Source: Acidobacteriota bacterium
GTDB taxonomy: Bacteria; Acidobacteriota; UBA6911; RPQK01; JAJDTT01
Direction of reading: 5' to 3'
DNA: 64,000 nt
Assembly: GCA_965217775.1 (NCBI GenBank)
Contig: CBDCJH010000002.1
Coordinates: 5,696,001 to 5,760,000, forward strand
Shown here piece by piece: positions 56,192-64,000 of this stretch. The notes under the pieces are model-generated. The model was not told where the DNA came from, ran no database searches, and was given only the letters and a program-made list of their open reading frames with translations. Within the stretch, counting starts at the first letter, position 1; the number at the start of each line of letters is the position of its first letter. Position numbers and translations under genes: made by a program.

Positions 56192-57115
56192 ATGAGACAG
56201 CCCAACATCGGGACCAGGATTCTATTGCCGCTTGCCGCTGTTGCGCTGTGCTCGGGGATGGTCGCGGCGCTGATTTCTTCCGAGTCGGGATCGCTGGCGG
56301 AGCTGGCGCCCGGAGTCTATTTTCGCGAGGGGGATCTGGAACACCAGGGCCATTGCAACAACGGGATCGTGGTCTTCAGGGAATTTGTCGTGGTCATCGA
56401 CGCCAACTTCCCCAATGGCGCCGAGGCCTGTCTGGCAGACATCCGCAAGGTCACCGGGAAGCCGGTCCGCCTGGTCTTCGACACCCATCATCATGGTGAC
56501 CACGCCTATGGGAATCCGGTCTGGGTCGCCAACGGAGCCTTGACGGTCGCACACGAGAACGTGGTCCAGGAGATGGATCGTTACGAGCCGCTCCGCTGGG
56601 AGGAGGAAGCCGCCAAACGAAAGGACGTCGCCGCGTTGGGGCTCAGGAGTGCTCAGCCCCCCATCGTGACCTATCCGGACCGGTTGGTCATCGACGACGG
56701 GACTCAGCGCCTGGAACTGCTCCACTTCGGAACGGCTCACACCCGAGGCGACGGTTTTGCCTATCTGCCCCGGCATCGGATCCTCTTTACCGGAGACGCC
56801 GTGGTCAACGGTCCCTACAATTACATGGGGGACGGGGACACCCACTCCTGGATCGGCGTCATCGAAGCGCTCGAAAAGCTTCGGGTCGAGACCGTCGCTC
56901 CGGGACACGGACCCGCCACGGACCGTTCGCTTCTGGGCAAGCAGAAGGCCTTCATCCGCGCGCTGCACCGCGAGGTGGCGCTGGGACTGTCGGCTGGGAA
57001 GAGCCTCCAGGACCTGCAGGACTCCATCCGGCTCCCGGATTCGGTTCGCCTCCACGTGGGAAGTTGGTTCGAGTCCCAGATCGCCAAGGTCTACAGCGAG
57101 AAGACGGCGCCCTGA
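56192..57115 (+). CDS. Secreted metallo-beta-lactamase fold hydrolase (cyclase-like)
   Basis: THHHGDHAYGN, AHTRGD, LFTGD, PGHG. Confidence 0.9.
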   Translation: MRQPNIGTRILLPLAAVALCSGMVAALISSESGSLAELAPGVYFREGDLEHQGHCNNGIVVFREFVVVIDANFPNGAEACLADIRKVTGKPVRLVFDTHHHGDHAYGNPVWVANGALTVAHENVVQEMDRYEPLRWEEEAAKRKDVAALGLRSAQPPIVTYPDRLVIDDGTQRLELLHFGTAHTRGDGFAYLPRHRILFTGDAVVNGPYNYMGDGDTHSWIGVIEALEKLRVETVAPGHGPATDRSLLGKQKAFIRALHREVALGLSAGKSLQDLQDSIRLPDSVRLHVGSWFESQIAKVYSEKTAP

Positions 57116-57154
57116 CCGGTCTTCCCCGTTGGGCGGAATGTGTTCCTCCCCGGA

Positions 57155-58456
57155 TCACCCGCCCAACACCTTGACGGCCGAGAAGTATCCGCTGACCGCC
57201 GCCACGGCGAACAGGAACCCCACCAGTACGTTCTCCCACCAGCGGTTGCAGTGCTCGGCCCCGATGTGGACTCGGCGAGCCGTCAGGATCCAGACCCCGA
57301 TCACCAGGAAGGGAAGGACCACCACCTGCGCCGCGTTGACCGTCACCGTCAGACCCACGAAGTCCGAGTACCCCAGGAACACCCAGATCAGGGGTGAGAG
57401 AACCACCCAGTAGGTGGCCCAACGGAAGCTGGGATGCCGCTTGTAGTCGCCGGCGCAGGCCTCTCGGGCCGAGGGCCGAAGCTGAATATAGGCGTCCGCG
57501 ATGAGCAGGGCATACGCGGTGCCGTTCCCCACCATGGAACTGAACAGGGCCGCGAACACGCCGAAATAGAAGAGAACGGAGCCCAGGTCGCCCATGGTTT
57601 CGCCCAGGAGTCGCGAGAGGCTCTCCAGGTCCACCACCTGGATGTTTCTGGGGTGGAGAATCTCGGCTCCCACGACCCAGATGGAGAGGTCCAGGACGAT
57701 GAGAACGATGATGCCCAATATCAGGTCGTATCGCTGAACCCGGCGGTGGTCCGGAGTCGTCCATCCCTTTTCCCGCATGAAGTAGGGATACAGGAGGTTT
57801 CCCAGGCTGCCGGCGATGGCCCCCACCATGGCCACCATGAGGAATACGGCGTCGAATCGCCCCAGAGTCTCGGGAACCTGTAGTCCCAGAATTCCCCTGG
57901 CGATACCTCCAGCCGACGGACCGGACCAGCCGGCCAGTCCGATCAGGGAAACCGACAGGGCCCCGGCCAGAACGAAAAAGATCGCTTCGATTCTCCGGTA
58001 GTCGGGCCGGAACACCAGCAGCAGAACGGTCAGGGCCAGAGCCGCGCCCCAGGCTGGAATGCTGCCGATTCCCGTGACCTTGATGCAGATCTCGGCCGTT
58101 CCCACCAGTAGAAAAACGCCGATGCCGTGGGTGAGCAACAACGTCCCCGTCAGGACCATCAATGCGAAGAGGGGATGCAGCCGCCCCAGGCCCGCCATTA
58201 CCGTCTCACCCCGGCGGTTGCAGAGCTGGTATTTGGCGATGATGGAGACGAACAGATAGCGGAGGATCAGACAGAGGGCGAAGGCCCACATGAGGGAGTA
58301 GCCGTAGTTGCCTCCCGCCATGGCCGACTCGACGATGTCCCCGGCTCCCAGCCAGGTCAGGACGACCACGATCCCGGGTCCCATGGACCGGACGTATTCC
58401 AGAAAGGAGCGGGGAATGGGAGCCGGCGTATAGGCCGGGCTATCTTCTCCTCTCAC
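57155..58456 (-). CDS. Nramp-like (APC fold) transporter
   Basis: MGPGIVVVLTWLGAGD..AGGNYGYSLMW; YPYF.REKGW; about 11 TM. Confidence 0.8.
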   Translation of the reverse strand: MRGEDSPAYTPAPIPRSFLEYVRSMGPGIVVVLTWLGAGDIVESAMAGGNYGYSLMWAFALCLILRYLFVSIIAKYQLCNRRGETVMAGLGRLHPLFALMVLTGTLLLTHGIGVFLLVGTAEICIKVTGIGSIPAWGAALALTVLLLVFRPDYRRIEAIFFVLAGALSVSLIGLAGWSGPSAGGIARGILGLQVPETLGRFDAVFLMVAMVGAIAGSLGNLLYPYFMREKGWTTPDHRRVQRYDLILGIIVLIVLDLSIWVVGAEILHPRNIQVVDLESLSRLLGETMGDLGSVLFYFGVFAALFSSMVGNGTAYALLIADAYIQLRPSAREACAGDYKRHPSFRWATYWVVLSPLIWVFLGYSDFVGLTVTVNAAQVVVLPFLVIGVWILTARRVHIGAEHCNRWWENVLVGFLFAVAAVSGYFSAVKVLGG

Positions 58457-58497
58457 TATTCACCTCTCTTTTCATTCTCTTTTCCTTCTGCGCGGAT

Positions 58498-59403
58498 CTA
58501 CCCACGCAGCAGCAGGACCAGTATGCCCGTCACGACCAGCAGGACTCCCAGCACCTCCCGTCCTGTGACTCGCTCCCGAAAGAAAGCGGCGGTCACCACG
58601 AAGGCGAAGAGCAGCTCCACTTGTCCCAGAGCCTTCACATGGGCGGCGTTTCGAATCGTCATGGCCGTGAACCAGCAGGCGGACGCAGACATTCCGGCCA
58701 GACCGACGGCGCTGGAAATCCTCCAGGACCTGAAGACCAGGGTCAACTGTCCCGGCTCCCTCACCCGCAGGTAGAGGCCCATGGTCACGGTCTGCAACAA
58801 GAGGGCGACTGCGAGGGTGCACGCTGCGGAAGCGACGAAGCAGCCGCCCAGGGAGAGGCTGGCGGCCCGATAGGAGACGGCGGCCAGACCGAATCCGGCG
58901 CCACTGGCCAATCCGATTCCGGCCGTTCTTCGGAACAGTGAAGAGATGAGCTCCCGGACGCCCAACTCCCGTTTGGCGAGGGCCAACAGCATGACGCCTG
59001 CCAAGCTCACGACGATGGCCAGCAGCGCCCATGGAGTCATCGTGTCCGAAAGGATGAGCATTCCGGCGGCGGCCGCCTGGATCGTCTCCGTCTTCGAGTA
59101 AGCCGTGGCGACGACGAAGTTTCGGAATGAAAAAAGGTGGATCAGGAGCGCCGTCGCGGCGATCTGGGCCGCGGAGCCCAGGATGGCGAAGAACAGGAAC
59201 CGGCGGTTGAGCTCGGGGAAATCATACCCGGCGCCGTAACGGAGGATCGCCAGATAGATGAGGACGAAGGGCAGGGCATAGACAAAACGCACATAGGCTG
59301 CCGCCGAAGTGCTCAACGATCCCTTGAGGTGTTTCTGGAGCGACGACCGGACGTTCTGAAGAAACGCCGCCGCGATGGTGATGGGGACCCATATCTCGAA
59401 CAA
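58498..59403 (-). CDS. DMT/EamA family transporter
   Basis: WVPITIAAAFLQN.RS.LQK; RNFVVATAYSKTE; VKALGQVE; 10 TM. Confidence 0.85.
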   Translation of the reverse strand: MFEIWVPITIAAAFLQNVRSSLQKHLKGSLSTSAAAYVRFVYALPFVLIYLAILRYGAGYDFPELNRRFLFFAILGSAAQIAATALLIHLFSFRNFVVATAYSKTETIQAAAAGMLILSDTMTPWALLAIVVSLAGVMLLALAKRELGVRELISSLFRRTAGIGLASGAGFGLAAVSYRAASLSLGGCFVASAACTLAVALLLQTVTMGLYLRVREPGQLTLVFRSWRISSAVGLAGMSASACWFTAMTIRNAAHVKALGQVELLFAFVVTAAFFRERVTGREVLGVLLVVTGILVLLLRG

Positions 59404-59620
59404 CGACTCAGGTTCTCCTTTCCGGCAACGCGCCCAGGTCGCGCGATCATTGGATATTGGGCGAAAGCTCGCCAACTCTCAAACCTCGGGAGCACTCGGG
59501 ACGTTTCCTCGGGTTTCACATGGCCGGGGTGTCTGAGAGACACGTACTGAAGCTGCCCGGAGTGCGGAGGATCGGGAGGTACATATATATTTGTCGAAAA
59601 GAAGACGCGGAGGAAGTCCG

Positions 59621-60370
59621 ATGCCGAGATTCACGGATCGTGTAGCCATCGTCACCGGTGGGGCAGAGGGCCTCGGGTTTGGGATTGCCCGACGGCTCGG
59701 AGGCGAAGGGGCAAGGATCACCATCGTCGACGTGAACGCCGACCTGGCCGATCGGGCGTCAACGGCGCTCGTCCAGGAGGGGATCGCGACTGAGGTGGTG
59801 ATCGGCGATGTGGGAGACGAGGAAACGGCTCGGCAGGCGGTGCGGCAGTCCACCGGCCGCTGGGAACGCATCGACATTCTGGTCAACAATGCAGGTGTCG
59901 GGAGCCCTGTTGCCAGGACGTGGGAAATGCCGGTCGAGGAGATGGACCGCATCTACCGGACCAACCTCCGCGGCGTGTTCTCGTTCTGTCATCACGTGAT
60001 TCCGTACATGATGAAACGGGACTACGGCCGCATCGTCAACATCTCCTCCGCTTCCGGCAAGGAAGGGGTCGCCGGGGCCGTGCCCTATGCCGCGACCAAG
60101 GCCGGCGTGATCAGCCTGACCAAGTCGATCGGCCTGGAACTGGCGAAAACGGGCATTCGCGTGAACTGCGTCACTCCCGGCGCGGTCATGACCCGTTTGC
60201 TGGAAAGGCTGACGAAGGAGCGGATTGCCGGCATGATCACGCGGATTCCCATGGGGCGTACCGGGACGGTGTCCGAGGTCGCGGCACTCGTCGCCTGGCT
60301 GGCATCGGAGGAGTGCTCCTACAGCACCGGAGCGGTCTTCGACGTCAGCGGCGGCCGGACCACCTATTGA
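59621..60370 (+). CDS. Short-chain dehydrogenase/reductase
   Basis: VTGGAEGLG, NNAG, NISS, YAATK, VTPG; RBS GGAGG. Confidence 0.93.
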   Translation: MPRFTDRVAIVTGGAEGLGFGIARRLGGEGARITIVDVNADLADRASTALVQEGIATEVVIGDVGDEETARQAVRQSTGRWERIDILVNNAGVGSPVARTWEMPVEEMDRIYRTNLRGVFSFCHHVIPYMMKRDYGRIVNISSASGKEGVAGAVPYAATKAGVISLTKSIGLELAKTGIRVNCVTPGAVMTRLLERLTKERIAGMITRIPMGRTGTVSEVAALVAWLASEECSYSTGAVFDVSGGRTTY

Positions 60371-60393
60371 GCAGGAGTGTTGACGGGCAGGGG

Positions 60394-61515
60394 ATGCCGA
60401 GACGCGGCCGAAAGAGCGGGATCTCGTCACAGACGGCCAGGCTGCACGACCTCGACGCGTTGCGCGCCGCAGCCATGCTGCTCGTCGTCGTGTTGCACGC
60501 GTTGTGTTTCCTGATGCCCTTTTCCGACCTCTGGCCGGCGAAACATCCGTACGCCGAGGACACGGAACCTCTCTACAACCCCTACGCGTACCTGGGAAGC
60601 GCTCTGTTGGGGTTTCTGATGCCGCTGTTCTTCATCCTGAGCGGATATTTCTCGGCCCTGCAGTGGCGGCGGCGAGGGCTGGCACAGATGGTTCTGGTTC
60701 GCCTCCAGCAGATCGGCCTACCCTTGCTGGCCGGGCTGTTCACAGTCATCCCGATCACTTACTGGGCTTTCTCGGAAAGTGGCGTCGAGTCGGTCGCCTG
60801 GCCGGGGCGCTTCTACCATCTCTGGTTTCTCTGGTACCTGTTGCTGATCGTGGGAACTTTCGCCATCGCCGCCAAGCTGGGCCTGCGGTTTCGTCGTCCC
60901 CTGTGGTGGCTGCTCGTCGCGGTGCCTGTCGTACCTCAGTATTTCATGCGCCAGATCCTGGGTGCCGACCTTTCCACCGTCATCGTGCCCGTACCCGCCA
61001 TACTCGGCTACTACCTGGTGTTTTTCGCGTTTGGAGTCTTGCTTTACCAACGGCGTGTCGTGGTGCGCCGGTGGTGGGCCACGACGCTCCTCCCGGCCCT
61101 CCTCGTCATGCCATTGGCGCTGGTGTTCCTGTATCCCGAGAGGATTGAATTCGTTGACCCGGAAGGGGCCTGGGTGCCGGTAGTCGCAGCAGTCTTACAG
61201 GTTGCGTATACCTGGCTGGCGTGCTTCGGAATGATGGGACTCTTCCGATGGTTGGCTTCGCGAGAGCGGACCTGGGCACGGTATGTCTCGGACGCATCCT
61301 ACTGGATCTACCTGGCTCATCTCCCTCTGGTGATCTGGGCGCAGATGCTGGCCGTGGACAGGTTGGTCAATCCTCACTTGGCATTCGTGTTGATCTGTGT
61401 GACCGTGCCGGGTCTCCTCTTGGCGGTGTATGAATGGGGGGTACGCTATACCTGGATCGGGACGATGTTGAACGGTAAGCGAGTCCGCGTTCGCCCCGTG
61501 CTTTCAGACGGGTGA
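60394..61515 (+). CDS. Acyltransferase-3 family (OpgC/MdoC-like) membrane protein
   Basis: RLHDLDALRAAAMLL, MPLFFILSGYF, HLWFLWYL, SDASYWIYLAHLP. Confidence 0.88.
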   Translation: MPRRGRKSGISSQTARLHDLDALRAAAMLLVVVLHALCFLMPFSDLWPAKHPYAEDTEPLYNPYAYLGSALLGFLMPLFFILSGYFSALQWRRRGLAQMVLVRLQQIGLPLLAGLFTVIPITYWAFSESGVESVAWPGRFYHLWFLWYLLLIVGTFAIAAKLGLRFRRPLWWLLVAVPVVPQYFMRQILGADLSTVIVPVPAILGYYLVFFAFGVLLYQRRVVVRRWWATTLLPALLVMPLALVFLYPERIEFVDPEGAWVPVVAAVLQVAYTWLACFGMMGLFRWLASRERTWARYVSDASYWIYLAHLPLVIWAQMLAVDRLVNPHLAFVLICVTVPGLLLAVYEWGVRYTWIGTMLNGKRVRVRPVLSDG

Positions 61516-63120
61516 CCTTCTCAGAAAGAGGGTAGTGGCTACGGCGACCGCCATCACCACGGAGCTGACCGCAAACACGTCTCCCACCGCTCCGGACAAA
61601 GCGGAATTCAGGTCGGCGAGAAGAGTGTCCGCCATCCGTACGGCGTCGACGCCGGCATCGGAGAATTCGGATCTAAGCTCGCCGATGGAGGACGGATCGA
61701 TCAGCGCCCTTGGGTTGTCTGTTATGGCGTCGAGCCGCCCGGGAGTGAGGGCAGCCTTTGCCGTGTCCGAGACCGTTTCTTCCACCCGCAACGAGAACCT
61801 GTGCCTCATCACCGCACCGAGCAGGGCGAGGCCCGTCGTCCCGCCGATCAACCTGAAGAAGTGAAGTGCCGAGGTGGCGGTTCCCATGAACCGGTCCGGC
61901 ACCGAATTCTGAACGGCCACCGCAAAGGTGGACAGTGTCCCTCCCACCCCGAGCCCCATGAGCACGATGTATCCCACTGTCCAGGCGAAGCTCGTACTCT
62001 CGTTCATGGTGGAGATGAAAACCATGCCCGCGGCCATGCAGCCGGTGCTGGCCAGACCCTGCCGGCGGTATTGTCCGCCGGATCGGGAGAGCCGTCCGCC
62101 GGCCACAATGGAGCCGATGACGATTCCCAGCATCATGGGGGTCAAGAAGCCGCCGCTTCCGGTCGCGGAACCGCCCAGGACGGCCTGGAAGAACAGCGGC
62201 AGGAAGATGACGCTTCCGAACAGCCCAAACCCGGTCAAAAACGCGACGATCGCCGAGATGGAAACCATCCGGTTTCGATATATTTCCAGGGGCATGATGG
62301 GGGAATCGGACCTGGATTCCACGACCAGGAATACCGCAGCCATTACCAACCCGAATCCCAGGAGGCCCATGACCTGCGGTGAAGTCCAATCGTACTGAAC
62401 GCCTGCCCACGACAGGGCCAGCATCGCGGTCACTACGGAAAGCACCAGAGCCATCATGCCTGGGTAGTCCAGCTTTCGATCTCCGGCCTCGGGCCTGATG
62501 TTGGGGAAGGTCCGAATGATCAACAGGAGCACAGGAATCCCGACTGGAAGGTTGATCAGAAAGATCCAGTTCCAGGAGAGTTGGTCCGTGATGAATCCCC
62601 CCAGACTCGGCCCGATGACCGAGGCCATTCCAAACACGAGGGCGATCAGTCCTTGAAACCTGCCTCGTTGCCGGGGTGGAAACAGGTCCGGAATGGAACG
62701 GAGGCTCATGGTTATGAGGATTCCTCCGCCGATACCCTGCAGGGCTCGGGAAGCGATAAGCTGATTCATCGACTCGCTGAAGCTGGCCGGTACGGAGGCC
62801 ACGATGAAGACGACGATTCCCAGAACGAGGAATCCCTTGTGCCCGTAAATGTCGGTGAGTCTCCCGGTGATGGGGATGGCCACGGTGGACGCGACGAGAT
62901 ATGCGGCCGCCACCCACGTATAACGGTCGAATCCGGCCAGATCGGCGACGATGCGCGGCATGGCGGCGGCCACGACCATCTGGCCAAGTACGGCCAGAAA
63001 GGCCGCAGACATCACGCAGATCATCGTCAGTACGATCTGTCTTCTTGGAGGTTGCACGAAATCGCTTTCCGGCGATTGACGGGTGGTGCTCTGCTCTTCT
63101 GAACCGATGCCGTCGTTCAT
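61504..63120 (-). CDS. MFS DHA2 (EmrB/QacA-type) efflux transporter
   Basis: AMPRIV, WV..AYL, GRLTDIYG, RALQGIGGG, GPSLGGFITD.LSWNWIFLINLPVG; 14 TM. Confidence 0.92.
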   Translation of the reverse strand: MNDGIGSEEQSTTRQSPESDFVQPPRRQIVLTMICVMSAAFLAVLGQMVVAAAMPRIVADLAGFDRYTWVAAAYLVASTVAIPITGRLTDIYGHKGFLVLGIVVFIVASVPASFSESMNQLIASRALQGIGGGILITMSLRSIPDLFPPRQRGRFQGLIALVFGMASVIGPSLGGFITDQLSWNWIFLINLPVGIPVLLLIIRTFPNIRPEAGDRKLDYPGMMALVLSVVTAMLALSWAGVQYDWTSPQVMGLLGFGLVMAAVFLVVESRSDSPIMPLEIYRNRMVSISAIVAFLTGFGLFGSVIFLPLFFQAVLGGSATGSGGFLTPMMLGIVIGSIVAGGRLSRSGGQYRRQGLASTGCMAAGMVFISTMNESTSFAWTVGYIVLMGLGVGGTLSTFAVAVQNSVPDRFMGTATSALHFFRLIGGTTGLALLGAVMRHRFSLRVEETVSDTAKAALTPGRLDAITDNPRALIDPSSIGELRSEFSDAGVDAVRMADTLLADLNSALSGAVGDVFAVSSVVMAVAVATTLFLRRSPV

Positions 63121-63274
63121 TTTGGCCGATCGCTTTCCGTCCCGCGGAACTCCGTTGCGGGCTATCACCATATCTTTGAAGATCCGGTTCTCACACGGGT
63201 ACAGGGGAGAGAATGTGTCTGCAAGACTCAGGATCGGACTGCGCGGCAGTTGGCGACAGGGTCCGACGATGGCG

Positions 63275-64000
63275 CTATATCTTCTCGGCGACGATACCGA
63301 TCACGGGTGGGGCAAACAGGAAGGTGCCCGGATCCCGCTCCCGATCCCGCCACTCGGCTTCAAACGCAAGACGTTCCGACTCCGTCAAGAAGCCGGTTGC
63401 GACCAACTGTGGGACGTAGTTGGAGAAAAACTGCGTCGGCCATTTCCAGAAACTTGTGCCGGGCCTGATGAACCGCACGAGCGGGACCAAGTCGACCAAA
63501 CGGCAACCCGAAGCCGCGACCAGTCCCGGCAGCCGGTCGCCGATGTTGAGATCACCGCCGCTGCTCGCAAAGCTCTCGTAGACCGCCGCGCGGACGCGTT
63601 CGAATGCCGGGCTCCGTGGCAGCAGCGTCATCGCGTCGTAGTTCAGGAAGTCCCAGGCCAACAGGCGGCCACCGGGCCGCAAACCGTTTACGATCCGGTC
63701 GATGACGGTAGCCGGATCGGACAGAAAGCAGAAGAGCCAGCGCGCGAAGGCGCCGTCCAGTGAGGCCGGTTCCAGCCGCAGCATCTCGGCCCGCTCCACC
63801 CGCGCGGTGATTTGCTCGAATCCGAGCCGTTTCGCTTCGCGGGTCACCCTGCCGATGAAACGAACCGACTCGTCGACGGCGAGCACCCGGCCTCCTTCGC
63901 CGACCCGCTCCGCGAGCTCGAGGGTGGCGAATCCCGGTCCGCAGCCGAGATCGAGCAGCCGCGCACCCGGTCCGAATCCGGCACGGTCCCAGAGATCGCG
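63275..64000 (-). CDS. Class I SAM-dependent methyltransferase (5' end beyond the window)
   Basis: The frame extends upstream to LWDRAGFGPGARLLDLGCGPGFAT; FARWLFCF; LRPGG. Confidence 0.88.
   Translation of the reverse strand, partial: RDLWDRAGFGPGARLLDLGCGPGFATLELAERVGEGGRVLAVDESVRFIGRVTREAKRLGFEQITARVERAEMLRLEPASLDGAFARWLFCFLSDPATVIDRIVNGLRPGGRLLAWDFLNYDAMTLLPRSPAFERVRAAVYESFASSGGDLNIGDRLPGLVAASGCRLVDLVPLVRFIRPGTSFWKWPTQFFSNYVPQLVATGFLTESERLAFEAEWRDRERDPGTFLFAPPVIGIVAEKI

Noticed and set aside
59920-61515. 531-aa fusion ORF
   Set aside because: The N-terminal part is an alternate frame of the SDR; the acyltransferase starts at about 60394.

Overview
High-GC bacterial chromosomal segment. 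Gene content (Oar-type TonB-dependent receptor, MoxR/DUF58/DUF4159 operon, carD, tilS-ftsH-folP-cdaA-cdaR-glmM-mfd) suggests Acidobacteriota (inference). In order it holds: a partial TonB-dependent receptor; tRNA-Leu(CAA) behind a decayed FitAB-type toxin-antitoxin pair; cinA; a 15.5 kb nine-gene envelope operon (GATase/VWA, caspase-like, TPR-gluzincin, DUF4159, MoxR, DUF58, BatA-VWA, DUF4175-like, Tat sialidase-like) with a 158-bp MITE inside; carD; a decayed accessory patch with a short BamD-like gene; hemL/hemB; tRNA-Met; a SAM-I riboswitch-controlled thrC-like gene; the housekeeping block tilS..mfd; a TnpB element; two SurA-like PPIases; tatAC; an S41 protease; mltD; a DRE-TIM/Ptb/AckA operon; and a mixed transporter/oxidoreductase region. 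The TnpB element has an internal deletion, an apparently intact omegaRNA hairpin, imperfect inverted ends and a 10-bp direct repeat that duplicates a -10 promoter box. The most notable items are this TnpB element, the uncharacterised MoxR operon, the DRE-TIM-ptb-ackA operon, the SAM-I/thrC unit and several small repeat families. All calls come from motif recognition by eye; no database search was run.
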